A program made the position numbers and the translations under genes. Shown here piece by piece: positions 28,876-39,918 of a stretch of DNA of 64,000 nt. The notes under the pieces are model-generated. The model made no database searches, had not been told where the DNA came from, and worked only from the letters and a program-made list of their open reading frames with translations. The stretch's first letter is position 1. Every line of letters starts with the position of its first letter. This stretch comes from an uncultured virus (IMG/VR IMGVR_UViG_3300029319_000024) (lineage: Duplodnaviria > Heunggongvirae > Uroviricota > Caudoviricetes), in IMG/VR virus record IMGVR_UViG_3300029319_000024, positions 1 to 64,000 of that record; one strand, given 5' to 3'.

Positions 28876-29250
28876 TTATTTGGTTTTATCATTTTTAATA
28901 TCCTCGCTGTTTGCTGTATCAAATAAATCTCCAACTGCTATGCTTATAACAGGAGTATCAGGATGATCATAGTCTGCATACTCATCCTCGTATTCTGAAA
29001 TGAAAGCTACATTAAATTCTTCTGCAAGAGGATCTAAAATGTAGTCTTCATTGTTGCCACCATAACGGAATAGATCAATGACATTGTCTTGCTTGTCTGT
29101 AGCAAAGTGCAAACAATTTTCTTCACAAATAAAATATCTAGTTCTTTTGCGATCTTTTTCTACAACAGTAAATCCTTGCTCTTGTAAAGATTTATTGTTC
29201 TTTATATCTGCCAAAGGTATTGGCCTTGTTGGTCTGTAATATGTTGACAT
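28876..29250 (-). CDS. Hypothetical protein, paralog of 28409-28753
   Basis: Shared MST.Y.P, LHF, RYG.N and EY.DEY motifs. Confidence 0.6.
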   Translation of the reverse strand: MSTYYRPTRPIPLADIKNNKSLQEQGFTVVEKDRKRTRYFICEENCLHFATDKQDNVIDLFRYGGNNEDYILDPLAEEFNVAFISEYEDEYADYDHPDTPVISIAVGDLFDTANSEDIKNDKTK

Positions 29251-30344
29251 AGTTATTTCCCCCTTATGTTTGTTTCATTTTTATAAATTGTGTATAGCAT
29301 AACTGCACTTATTATTGTGTAGCTAATTATTTCTATTATTGTCATCTGACACCCCCTCTATTACTTCTTCAAATTCAAAACAACTAATATCTCCAAATTT
29401 AACATCAGATGCTAATTGCCTTCGTAATATTTTATAAGCCTCATCTTCTGTTTCAGCTTCTATTTCATCATAATAAGTTATTTTAAATATCATCTGACAC
29501 CCCCTTTATTTGTGCGAAGTCATTACAGTTAAAACAAAAACCATTCCGATTTGCGAAGTCTGTTATTGGACTACCACTTTGATCATGTGTAGCTACATTT
29601 AAAGACTTACACTCCAGGCAATATGGTTTTTGGTTTTTGCGATACATTTCTTTGCGAAAGTATTTTGCGTTCTCATAGTCTTGTTGTGCGTATGCGACTA
29701 TGCTATCAAGCATAGATTCAATTTTTATTTTGTTATTGAGCAGATCAAGTAGCAAATCTATTTCTGCTTCGCTATCAAATTTTTCTACCCAAGATTTAAG
29801 ATCCTCAATGCTAATCATTTGCTTTCTCCTTTAAAATAAATTTCCGTTTTCATCAAACTCCCATTTGTTTGATTCAACATAGTTTAAAAATGTTTCTTTA
29901 GAAAAGTAGTCTTGATTATCTGCAAACCACATTTCAAACATTTTATTTTGTATATCTTGTGCAAAGTCGTTTATTGAATAGTTTTTAGGCCATTCAGATA
30001 TTAATTTATCTGCATAAACTTTTAGATCAGCACAAAAACAATATCCATTACCTTGATAATTTTCTAGTAATAAAGATATATGTTCTGCTCTTTTGTTAGG
30101 TGAAATATAATGATAATTAGAAGTATCTAATTTTATATAACAACTTCTATCTGAATATTCTCCATTAGATAACGAGCAATTAAATTTCATGTTTAAAGTA
30201 TCTGCAAATAATTTAAAACTATCTAGGTTTTCATCTGCCCAAGTATTTATATTATCTCCGTTATCAATCCAGAATTTTTGATATATTTTGTCGCATAGTT
30301 CATCATCTTGTTTTAAATCTTCAAGATCATAAACTGTATATTCT

Positions 30345-30764
30345 TTAGTTATTGTTTTCATTTGCTTTCTCCTCATAACCAAAGACTTCATCATTTACAC
30401 TTCTAATATCTGCGACCATATAGTTGAAGTCATACTCTTGTTGTTCGTATTCAGGAGCAAACTCTCTATCAACTATCTCCCAATTTTCTACGACATAAAC
30501 TCCGTTATCAAAGTTATCAGTATCAAGCTGTTTATAAGTGCCTACTCCAATAGATAGTGTTCCACCGATATAATTTCCCATGATCTGCGATAGCCTTGCG
30601 ATCGCATAACTTGGATCATTTTGACACCTAACTCCATATAATTTGGCTACATGGAGTAAAGGCTCTACTGAATCTCTGCCACCATTCCAATGAAGATATA
30701 GCGACTGCCAATCTTCTTGCGGTGTGTCATTTTCTTTTATTGTTATTACTGCTCTATTACCCAT
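30345..30764 (-). CDS. Conserved-looking phage hypothetical protein
   Basis: MGNRAVIT...LYLHWNGG...DNGVYVV; strong RBS. Confidence 0.6.
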   Translation of the reverse strand: MGNRAVITIKENDTPQEDWQSLYLHWNGGRDSVEPLLHVAKLYGVRCQNDPSYAIARLSQIMGNYIGGTLSIGVGTYKQLDTDNFDNGVYVVENWEIVDREFAPEYEQQEYDFNYMVADIRSVNDEVFGYEEKANENNN

Positions 30765-32685
30765 TTTTATTCTCCTTTATAAATTGGTTAAGTTCTTTAT
30801 CTTCATACAAACCCTCACAAGATACACAAACATTTAAGTCTGCTTGTTCTTGTATGGCTCTCTCATCTTCTTTCTTGCCACATAATTGACAAGATATTTT
30901 TCCGTTCTCCCATGTGGATTTTAATATTTTCATTTCTCCCCCCAAACTTCATCTTCAGGTATTTCAATAGTTTTACCACCATCTAATGCCCATTCAAAAA
31001 GTCTGTCTCCCAACAACTCTTTCATTTTTGGCATATCTTCTGCAATAATTTGACACCAAAAATATTCTGTTGTTGTATATCTAATACCACCCATATTGAT
31101 ATCAGTTCTGTCAAAAGTGACCATACTATAATCTTCAAATGTTTTTACTTTAGTAGATTTTGTATTCATTTCTCCCCCTTAATAAGTGTTTCTATTTCTT
31201 TAGTTATTGCTTTCATTTTTGGCACACCATTTTTAAGTGTGTCGTAAATGTATATATGTCCTTGATCAAAATATTTTTCTTCATTATTTTGTTTATGGAT
31301 TTCTGCTATCTTATCTATGATAGGATCAGAACATTGTTCGTAATACAGATAGAAAGAACATTTTTCATTTTCTTTTATTGGCAATTGTCTTTTTTCTGAC
31401 ATGGAATTTATATACCAAAAAAGATTATCTCCCCATGTATCAGCAATATTTAGATCAAAAACAAAGTGCCTAAAACCACCACCACTATGATAAAAATAAA
31501 TATCATAATCTTGGGTTAGTTTTTCTTGGTTTTTTGTAAGACCATAAATCCTATCTAAATATGCTTGTTCTTGTGGTGTTGCTTTTCTTGTTGTTATGTT
31601 GTTCATTTCTCCCCCTTATTAATTTCTCTTTGTTCAACTCTATCCCAAATATCGCCAAACCTTTCCAACCATTCTTTTTGTTCTTCCGTGTTGTAGTTTC
31701 CACCTATTCTGCTTTCTAAAGCACAACAATGCTCTAGTTCGTTTCTTTCGTAAAAGTCATAAAGAATATCGCACATATAGTTAAACAAACTAAATTTTCT
31801 TTCTTTAAAATGTTTCATTCTTCCCCCACTTGGTTAAAAAAATCTTCAACTTTGTATCGCAAATTAACGAAATCTTTTTGTGTTACTACAAAATCTATAG
31901 CTGATTCATAACATTCTAAATTGTCATTAATTTGGTTTTTAATTGGATTGTGCATTTTCTTGGCTTGAAAATACTCATGGTTTAAGTCTATTAGTTTGCT
32001 AACGATAGCAAGTTCTTTTGTTGATAAGTTCATTATTTAACCCCCATTTTGATACAAAACTCTATTAGTTTGCTTTCTAGTTTAAGTATGGTTTTATTAT
32101 TAATGTTGTAATGGTTTAGTGCCTTGATAATATAATCGTGCATTACTTCTTTAATATCAGGCATATCTAACCATTCGTTAAATTCTAACTCCATGTCTTT
32201 TTTGATTTCTTGTAGTATCAACTTTTGATATTCTTGTTGATAGCGTTTTAGTTCAGATTTGTATGTGGATATATTTCGTTCTAGTTCATTAATCCTTTTT
32301 GCTGTTCTTGAATCTTCTGTTGATTCAGTAAATGTTGTATTCATTCTTCCCCCTTATAAATTCTATCTTCTGTAAATTGAACTAACTCTTTTGTTTGTAT
32401 TAATTCTTCTTTTGTATCTTCATACATTAACGGAAAGTTAATACCAAATTCTTTTTTAAGATATTCAATATCTCCTATAGAAAAATGTTCAAAGAGTTCT
32501 ACAACACCCCATTCATTATTTCCTGTTCCTCTAAAATCATTATATTCTAGGATAGGTTCAGTCCATTTGTTGTTAAATTTACATTTGGTTAATCTCCAAT
32601 CACACCAATCGTTGCCAACAACTTTGGTTAATACTATTTCTTTTTTTGTATTCATATTTGTTCTCCTTTTAATTAAATACAAGGT

Positions 32686-32722
32686 AATTATACTATACTT
32701 TTATACACTTCTCCAACAAATA
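32686..32722 (-). promoter_or_regulatory. Putative sigma70 early promoter
   Basis: Minus strand ttggag-AAGTGTATAAAAGTATAG-TATAAT; shares a spacer motif with the promoter at 35484. Confidence 0.55.
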
Positions 32723-32843
32723 ATAGACAAACTTTAATGATAAGCATAGATAAAACAAACACTCAATAAACACTCTTTTATTGTCTTGATCCACCTCGCC
32801 CACCCAAGACCAAAAATTTTTGAACTATAAAATGTTCGGATTT

Positions 32844-32975
32844 TGCGACCTTTTGCATTTTTTTTTGATCAAAACAAGCACTAGAGTTAATTAAGATCCC
32901 AAACTTGCGACCTTTTGCGTTCTAAATAAAATTTGCGAGCCGTTGCGTTCTAAAAATGTGCGACCCTTTGCGTTT
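32844..32975 (+). repeat. TGCGACC-N3-TGCGT repeat array, left (4 copies)
   Basis: Copies at 32844, 32906, 32934 and 32959. Confidence 0.85.
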
Positions 32976-33109
32976 TAAAAATATATAAAATAAAAAATTC
33001 CTGGAGTTATTAAACTTGTTATAGATATAACAATTAAAAAAACAGATCAAACATGACCTAAAAAATGTTATAATTGCTGCTGTAATTAATTAAAAAGGAG
33101 AACTTAATT

Positions 33110-33451
33110 ATGACAATAAAAACAATATGTATTACAGACTTAAATCGTGGTGGATTGTTTTTCTATAAAGTAGAAATTTCAGACCAACAGGATATTTCTG
33201 AAGTGGTAGCAAATCTTATGATTTTAAAAAACCACAAAGAAAGTGAATGCGATTGGGCTAATTTAGAAATTAAAGATATTGTAGATAATACAGAAACAAT
33301 AATATCTCTTGAACAACTTAACCAAGATGATTATCTTAACCAAGATGATTATCATGNNNNNNNNNNTCATGAAAAGGCTAAAGATATTCTTTGGGAATAT
33401 ATCTCTGATAAAGACATTCAAGAAATAGATGAAAGGTTATCTAAAATATAA
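33110..33451 (+). CDS. Isolated plus-strand hypothetical gene (contains an N gap)
   Basis: AAGGAG RBS, TATAAT upstream, terminator downstream. Confidence 0.6.
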   Translation: MTIKTICITDLNRGGLFFYKVEISDQQDISEVVANLMILKNHKESECDWANLEIKDIVDNTETIISLEQLNQDDYLNQDDYHXXXXHEKAKDILWEYISDKDIQEIDERLSKI

Positions 33452-33467
33452 AACCAAAAAAAAAATT

Positions 33468-33494
33468 TAGGGCAGTTTATCTGCCCTTTTTTTT
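33468..33494. terminator. Intrinsic terminator, probably bidirectional
   Basis: agggcag-tttat-ctgccct followed by a T-run and preceded by an A-run. Confidence 0.8.
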
Positions 33495-33507
33495 GCCTTG
33501 AAAAATG

Positions 33508-33578
33508 TGCGACCTTCTGCGTTCTTATAAGATTTTGCGACCTTGTGCGTGCGATTTGAAATGTGCGACCTTTGGCGT
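33508..33578 (+). repeat. TGCGACC-N3-TGCGT repeat array, right (3 copies, 28-bp period)
   Basis: Copies at 33508, 33536 and 33564. Confidence 0.85.
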
Positions 33579-33628
33579 GGATAAAATAGTTTGGGATCTA
33601 AAAACCCGATCAATAAAACTCCGGGCAT

Positions 33629-33656
33629 AAAAAAAGGGAGCATTTCAGCTCCCTTT
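33629..33656 (-). terminator. Intrinsic terminator for the leftward early genes
   Basis: aaagggagc/gctcccttt stem with an A-run on its left (U-run on the minus strand). Confidence 0.75.
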
Positions 33657-33734
33657 AGTTGTATTTAAGTTTGGAGAACTTAACATCTATAGATATATAG
33701 ATGACCGAATAATACAACTTCGGTAATAGATTGT

Positions 33735-35443
33735 CTACTCAAAATCACTAGCCAACCACTCAACGCGGCCGAAGTCATTGACCAGATCAGCAACTGACCT
33801 ATTCAAATTAAACTTCTTTCTGTTTTCCAAATCACACTTGGCTAGTGCCATATGTAAGTTGTCAACGGCCTTAGCCAAATCGTCGGCTCTTGTTTCCGGG
33901 ATTCCCCGATCAATAAGCTCTTGCTTATAGCTTTTTTCTATCATTCTTTTTCCTCGTAATAAGTCCAATAATATAAATCACTATCTCCGTGATTTTCCCA
34001 TTCTTTTTGTGCTTGTTTAAAAGTTTCTTTTCCTAATATTTGCTTTACGCATTTTTCAGAACATACTGTCTCACTATCTCCAACAACATAAAGGCCCTTG
34101 TTTTGGTCTAGCTTATCAATAGAAGTATTACAAACTTCGCAATTTACAATCCATGTTTCAACACTCATAGCTTACCCCCAAATCTCAGGATTGAAGTCAT
34201 CTTCCTGGAGTTCAGGAAATTTTTTTAATGCTTCTTCTTTACAATAGACATCAAAATCAACGTCAAATATTCCACCATGTCCAACTCTTTGAATAACTCC
34301 ATTTGTGAAAATAGTAGCGTGTTTGTGTTCTAATTTATCATTCTCATGTAAACAGTAATCCAGATCAAGCTCTTGGCCTGTCACATCACAAAAATATTTA
34401 ATACTCATAATTATTTACTCCCATAATCATATTTTAAAATATCGTATATTAATAAATCCCACTCATAGTCATAGCAGTCTTTCCAAAGTTCGTGCTTGTA
34501 TCTGCCACCGTCTACTAATTCCTGATCAATAAAATAATCATAATCAATCTCTCCGTCATCAGACCAATGGCCGTAGGCTTCAAAAGTTCCTACGGCTAAC
34601 TCAATCTTGAATGAAAACTCATAAGCTTCAGTTCTCCAAAGATAATGATTTTTTAAATCTTCTTTTGACATACTCATATCTTCACCCCCAATGATTTAAT
34701 TTCTCTAGTGCCTTTCGGCAATAAAGCTCTTTTGATTAATACATCATCAACATAAAAGCGATACTCCCGATCTCCGTTCTCCAGGATTTTATGAGTCGTT
34801 CTATGATTTAAGAAGTGGTGAGAGTTAGAGCCACTTGTCCCGATCCTGATTTCTACTTCTCCCCTTTCTCTTACTCCATAAGATTTGCTAGCCTTATAAA
34901 TACAGGACGTTATATTATTCCATATTGGATATGATTTACTTGACATCTTTTAGTTCTCCCTTTTATTTTTTCTAATGCTCTTTACTTGCTCTTGGCATTC
35001 TTTAGAACATTCTTCTATTGGTTTGTTAGATAAAAAATACTCCATCAAAGGATATTTTTTATTTTGTTTATTTATTTGCTTTTTGTGATATTCAAATATA
35101 TCTTTCATTTTTTAGTTCTCCCTGATCAGTAATTCCTGATCATAAAATAGGGGGATTGCTCCCCCTGTTAATATTAATATCCTGCCCTTGACAGCATATC
35201 GTTAATTTCCTTTAGTTCTTTCAAAGACAGTTTTTTAAGTGCCTTATCATTAACTAAACTTCCATCTTGCCACGCTTTTAAGTCGTTGGCTTTATTCCAA
35301 TTATCAATATAGGACTTTGGATTTTTAATATATGAAACAAATTCTTTTGCTTCTTTATAAGTTCCAAATTCTTGGATAACTCCGTCATCTTCAACTTGAT
35401 AAACAGTTATGTTATCTTGAATTACTTTTTTTATTTTACTCAT
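33735..35443 (-). other. Second cluster of small early hypothetical genes (about 7 ORFs)
   Basis: Coupled 50-90 aa ORFs; repeated GGGAGAACTAAA RBS; hairpin agggggattgctccccct near 35149-35166. Confidence 0.75.
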
Positions 35444-35483
35444 TATTAAGTTCTCCCGGCTTCCGCCTATTAAATAATAATGT

Positions 35484-35519
35484 CTTATTATAACACTATT
35501 TATACACTTATAGACAAAT
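35484..35519 (-). promoter_or_regulatory. Putative strong early promoter
   Basis: Minus strand ttgtctat-AAGTGTATAAATAG-TGtTATAAT (extended -10). Confidence 0.6.
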
Positions 35520-35754
35520 TAAATTAATTAATTGATTGGGTATTTGATTGGGTCTCTATTGAATCGGAAGCCGTTTTTTTGTGATCAGGAATCGGACACC
35601 CCCACCCCCATATATGCGACCAGGCGTTTTTTCGCGGCAGTATATAAATAACTATCAACAAATATAATTACCCCCAAAACCATTTCACCCCCCCTTGCTT
35701 TAATTAGGTACCATAATGAGGTACCATATTTCACATGGAGAGAAACATTTTAAG

Positions 35755-37227
35755 ATGTCTGACAAAAACACAAAGCTAGAACACGTATCAGACGAGGCTC
35801 TAAAAGAGATGGTCATGATCAAAAATCGTATTGATCAGCTAGACACCAGCAAAGAATCAAAAAAAGACTTCATAGCCTATGTAAAAAATGTATGGGACGG
35901 CTTTATCGAGGGCGAACACCATAGATTGTTTGCCAGAAAGCTAGAAGACGTAGCCAAGGGCAAGACCAAACGCCTAATCGTCAACATGCCACCTCGTCAT
36001 ACCAAGTCTGAGTTTGCGTCCGTGTTCTTTCCTAGCTGGATTATGGGCTTGCACCCTGATATGAAGATCATGCAAACGACTCACACCGCCGAACTATCTG
36101 CAAGGTTTGGTCGTAAGGTTAGAAATCTCATGGATACAGACGAATATAAGCAAATATTCGACAAAGTTAGACTCTCTGCTGACAGCAAATCAGCAGGTAG
36201 ATGGGAAACCAATCACGGTGGCGAGTATTTTGCCGCAGGAGTGGGCGGTGCTATTACAGGTAGGGGTGCGGATCTGCTGATTATTGACGATCCACACTCT
36301 GAACAGGACGCTTTGAGCCCAACTGCCCTAGAATCTGCCTACGAATGGTACACTTCTGGGCCGCGACAGCGTCTGCAACCTGGCGGAATCATAGTTATTG
36401 TCATGACAAGGTGGAGTACGCTTGATCTAACTGAGAAACTTATCAAAAGAATGTCTGAAGACCATGCAGATCAGTGGGATATACTAGAATTACCTGCCAT
36501 TTTGGACAACGGCAAGCCTTTATGGCCTGAGTTTTGGAAAATAGAAGAGCTTGAGTCCGTGAAAGCCTCGATTCCTGTAGCAAAATGGAATGCTCAGTAC
36601 ATGCAGAACCCAACTTCTGAAGAAGGTGCCCTGTTAAAACGAGATTGGTGGCAACAATGGGAGCATGACGATCCACCTAATACAACTTACATATTGCAAT
36701 CTTACGATACCGCCTTTAGTTCTAAAGAAACGGCTGACTACTCTGCGATTACTACGTGGGGAGTGTTTCGACCGAGTGACGGTGCACCAGAATCTATCAT
36801 TTTGCTCGATGCCAAACGAGGTCGGTGGGACTTTCCTGAGTTGAAAGCGACAGCTTACGATGAATTTATGTATTGGCAACCAGACTCAGTGCTGATAGAA
36901 TCACAAGCAAGTGGTACTCCTTTGACGCATGAGTTGAGAATGATGGGGATCCCAGTTGTGAACTATCGTCCAACGAAAGGAAGAGACAAAGTCACTCGAG
37001 TGCATTCGGTATCGCCAGTGTTTGAAGCTGGTATGGTCTGGGCTCCAGACACGATCTTCGCAGAAGAGGTGATAGAAGAATGTGCAGCCTTTCCGTATGG
37101 AGAGAACGATGATTTTGTAGATTCGACAACACAGGCTATACTAAGATTTCGTCAGGGCAACTTCGTAAGACTTGATTCAGATGAGGAAGACGATGAGCCA
37201 GTGCCGAAACAGAGAATATACTATTAG
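35755..37227 (+). CDS. terL: Terminase large subunit
   Basis: MPPRHTKSE, GRGADLLIIDDP, SYDTAF, DYSA, DDFVDSTTQA. Confidence 0.95.
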   Translation: MSDKNTKLEHVSDEALKEMVMIKNRIDQLDTSKESKKDFIAYVKNVWDGFIEGEHHRLFARKLEDVAKGKTKRLIVNMPPRHTKSEFASVFFPSWIMGLHPDMKIMQTTHTAELSARFGRKVRNLMDTDEYKQIFDKVRLSADSKSAGRWETNHGGEYFAAGVGGAITGRGADLLIIDDPHSEQDALSPTALESAYEWYTSGPRQRLQPGGIIVIVMTRWSTLDLTEKLIKRMSEDHADQWDILELPAILDNGKPLWPEFWKIEELESVKASIPVAKWNAQYMQNPTSEEGALLKRDWWQQWEHDDPPNTTYILQSYDTAFSSKETADYSAITTWGVFRPSDGAPESIILLDAKRGRWDFPELKATAYDEFMYWQPDSVLIESQASGTPLTHELRMMGIPVVNYRPTKGRDKVTRVHSVSPVFEAGMVWAPDTIFAEEVIEECAAFPYGENDDFVDSTTQAILRFRQGNFVRLDSDEEDDEPVPKQRIYY

Positions 37228-37235
37228 GAGACATT

Positions 37236-37460
37236 ATGGCAAAAGTAAAACACGTTAGCGTTCCTTTAAAAAAAGTCATGAAAAAAGTTATACGAAAAAA
37301 GGTAGATAACATGGAGAGCAGAATTTACTCAAAAGAAAACAGATTAGATAAAGATGCTCCATACATAAGTAACAAAACTTATAACAAAGATTCTAAAGAA
37401 ATAACTGAAATGAAAAAAGAGTTATTGAAGTTTAAAATAAAACACAACATAAAGGATTAG
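37236..37460 (+). CDS. Small basic hypothetical protein
   Basis: AGGAG RBS; lies between terL and portal. Confidence 0.55.
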   Translation: MAKVKHVSVPLKKVMKKVIRKKVDNMESRIYSKENRLDKDAPYISNKTYNKDSKEITEMKKELLKFKIKHNIKD

Positions 37461-37461
37461 T

Positions 37462-39915
37462 ATGGCAGATGTAGACAAGGCTATTACCTTTGAAGATCAG
37501 GTAGAACTAGGAGTTCGTGATCGTTCAAAGGAAATGGAGATTGAGGTCGAGGAAGAAAATCCTGATCTTGAAGAGTTTGAGCAAATGGAAGACGGTACCA
37601 TTATGTTTGGTGCTCCCACACCGCCTGTAGATGATACTGATTTTTACTCTAACCTAGCAGAACAACTAGATTCCTCTGATCTTAGCACCATTAAAAACGA
37701 CTTAATGACTAATGTTGATTCTGACAAAGACTCAAGATCTGATTGGGAAAAGACTTACAGAGAAGGTCTTGAACAGTTAGGCATGAAGTACGAAGAAAGA
37801 TCCCAACCATTTGAAGGTGCTTCTGGAGTGATGCATCCTTTATTGGCAGAATCCGTTACTCAGTTCCAAGCACAGGCCTACAATGAGTTACTCCCATCTC
37901 AAGGGCCTGTCAAAACTCAAGTCTTGGGTATGACAACGGCTGAATCTGAGCAACAAGCATCGAGAGTTCAGGAGTTTATGAACTATCAGCTTATGCAGGT
38001 TATGAAAGAGTATGACTCTGAAACAGACCAAATGTTATTTTATTTACCATTATCAGGTTCTGCGTTTAGAAAAGTTTATTACGATCAAAACCTAGACAGG
38101 GCTGTATCTAAATTCATACCTAGTGAGGACTTAATTGTGCCTTACTCGGCTACTGACTTGCATAGTGCTACGAGGATTACGCATGTAATTGATATGTCGC
38201 TAAACGATATTAAAAAACTACAACAAGTAGGATTTTATCGTGATGTAGATATATCTATGGGTAATATCATGGCGGATGACTATGATGAGATTCAAGAAGA
38301 AGTAGATGAATTACAAGGTGTCAGCCCTAACTACAACGATACTGATACTTGTAAAGTACACGAAATACATACTGAATTAGATATACCGGGCTTTGAGGAT
38401 TTAGATTCAGAAGGCGAGCCTACTGAGATCAAACTGCCATACATAGTTACCATTGCTAATGATAAGGTTTTATCTATTCGTAGAAACTACAAAGAAACAG
38501 ATCAATTAAAGCAACGTATTAACTACTTTGTGCACTATAAGTTTTTACCAGGTCTAGGATTTTATGGCTTTGGTTTGACGCACATGATAGGTGGCTTGTC
38601 TAAAGCATCTACTTCAATACTAAGACAGTTAATTGATTCAGGTACTTTATCTAACTTACCTGCTGGATTTAAAGCTAGAGGCATACGTATTCGTAACGAT
38701 GATCAGCCATTACAACCTGGTGAGTTTAGAGACATGGATGCTCCTGGCGGAAGTTTGCGAGACGCTTTCGTACCGTTACCTTTTAAGGAGCCAAGTCAAA
38801 CCTTACTCTCTCTCCTAGGTATCTTGGTCGACAGTGGAAGGCGTTTCGCCTCGATAGCCGATACACAAGTAGGAGACAGTAATCAAAATGCACCTGTAGG
38901 TACAACGATTGCGTTGCTAGAGCGTGGTACTAGAGTGATGAGTGCAATTCACAAAAGACTGCACGCATCTCAAAGAATTGAGTTTGAAATACTAGCTAAA
39001 GTATTTAGTGAGTATTTACCACCTGATTATCCTTATCTTACTGCTAACGGCAACCAACTTATTAAGTCGCAAGACTTTGATGACAGAGTTGATGTCTTAC
39101 CAGTTTCAGATCCTAATACCTTCTCTATGAGCCAAAGGGTTATGATGGCTCAAGAAATACTTAGAACCGTACAAAGTAATCCTGAGATACATGGCCCAAC
39201 AGGGTTGCATGAGGCTTATCGAAGAATGTACGGTGCTATGGGTGTGCAGAACATAGAACAGCTTTTGCCACCACCACCTCAACCACAACCTATGGATCCT
39301 GCAAATGAAAATGCAATGTTGATTGCAGGTATGCCTGCTCAAGCTTTTTTAGGTCAAGACCATGATGCCCATATCAATTCGCACATGTCCTTGTATGGAA
39401 CTATGACAGCACAAGCTAATCCTGTAGTGTTATCTTTGATTCAAGCACATATCTATCAACATGTATCTTTTAGGGCTGCTGAAATAGTTGATGAGCAAAA
39501 CGCACAAAACCAAGAGTTCCAACAAATGATGCAACAAATACAACAGTTGCCGCCTGAGGTTGCACAAGGGTATCAACAGCAGATACAAGAAAAAGTGGCT
39601 AAAGATGTTGCTGCGGTGGTATCGCAACTTACTGAACAGATCAATGCTATGTTTATGCCACCACCACCTCCTGTTGATCCATTGGTAGAATTAAGAGATA
39701 AAGAACTAGATATTAAAGCTGATGATGTGCAACGTAAACGTGAAGAATTTGCACAAAGACAAGAGTTTGATGCTATGAAGGCTATGGAAAATAATAAACT
39801 TGCAGAACAAAGATTGGCAATTCAAAGAGAAATAGCTACAATGAAAGATGATATAGCTAGAGAGCGTATGGATCAAGCCGCACAATTTAAAGCTATGGAT
39901 ATAATGCGAGGATAA
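37462..39915 (+). CDS. Portal protein
   Basis: 817 aa after terL; HPLLAESVTQFQA, GSAFRKVYYD, GFYGFGL, C-terminal coiled coil. Confidence 0.88.
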   Translation: MADVDKAITFEDQVELGVRDRSKEMEIEVEEENPDLEEFEQMEDGTIMFGAPTPPVDDTDFYSNLAEQLDSSDLSTIKNDLMTNVDSDKDSRSDWEKTYREGLEQLGMKYEERSQPFEGASGVMHPLLAESVTQFQAQAYNELLPSQGPVKTQVLGMTTAESEQQASRVQEFMNYQLMQVMKEYDSETDQMLFYLPLSGSAFRKVYYDQNLDRAVSKFIPSEDLIVPYSATDLHSATRITHVIDMSLNDIKKLQQVGFYRDVDISMGNIMADDYDEIQEEVDELQGVSPNYNDTDTCKVHEIHTELDIPGFEDLDSEGEPTEIKLPYIVTIANDKVLSIRRNYKETDQLKQRINYFVHYKFLPGLGFYGFGLTHMIGGLSKASTSILRQLIDSGTLSNLPAGFKARGIRIRNDDQPLQPGEFRDMDAPGGSLRDAFVPLPFKEPSQTLLSLLGILVDSGRRFASIADTQVGDSNQNAPVGTTIALLERGTRVMSAIHKRLHASQRIEFEILAKVFSEYLPPDYPYLTANGNQLIKSQDFDDRVDVLPVSDPNTFSMSQRVMMAQEILRTVQSNPEIHGPTGLHEAYRRMYGAMGVQNIEQLLPPPPQPQPMDPANENAMLIAGMPAQAFLGQDHDAHINSHMSLYGTMTAQANPVVLSLIQAHIYQHVSFRAAEIVDEQNAQNQEFQQMMQQIQQLPPEVAQGYQQQIQEKVAKDVAAVVSQLTEQINAMFMPPPPPVDPLVELRDKELDIKADDVQRKREEFAQRQEFDAMKAMENNKLAEQRLAIQREIATMKDDIARERMDQAAQFKAMDIMRG

Positions 39916-39918
39916 TTT

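Larger units (their letters stand above)
27466..32655 (-). other. Array of about 20 small, coupled hypothetical (early) genes
   Basis: Back-to-back 50-180 aa minus-strand ORFs with strong RBSs and overlapping ATGA junctions. Confidence 0.8.

Noticed and set aside
33317..33370. 18-nt tandem duplication (LNQDDY twice)
   Set aside because: It abuts the N gap at 33357-33366 and is likely a scaffolding artefact.
32844..33578. CRISPR array
   Set aside because: Units are about 15 bp and degenerate, with about 13-bp AT-rich spacers; no cas operon is present.
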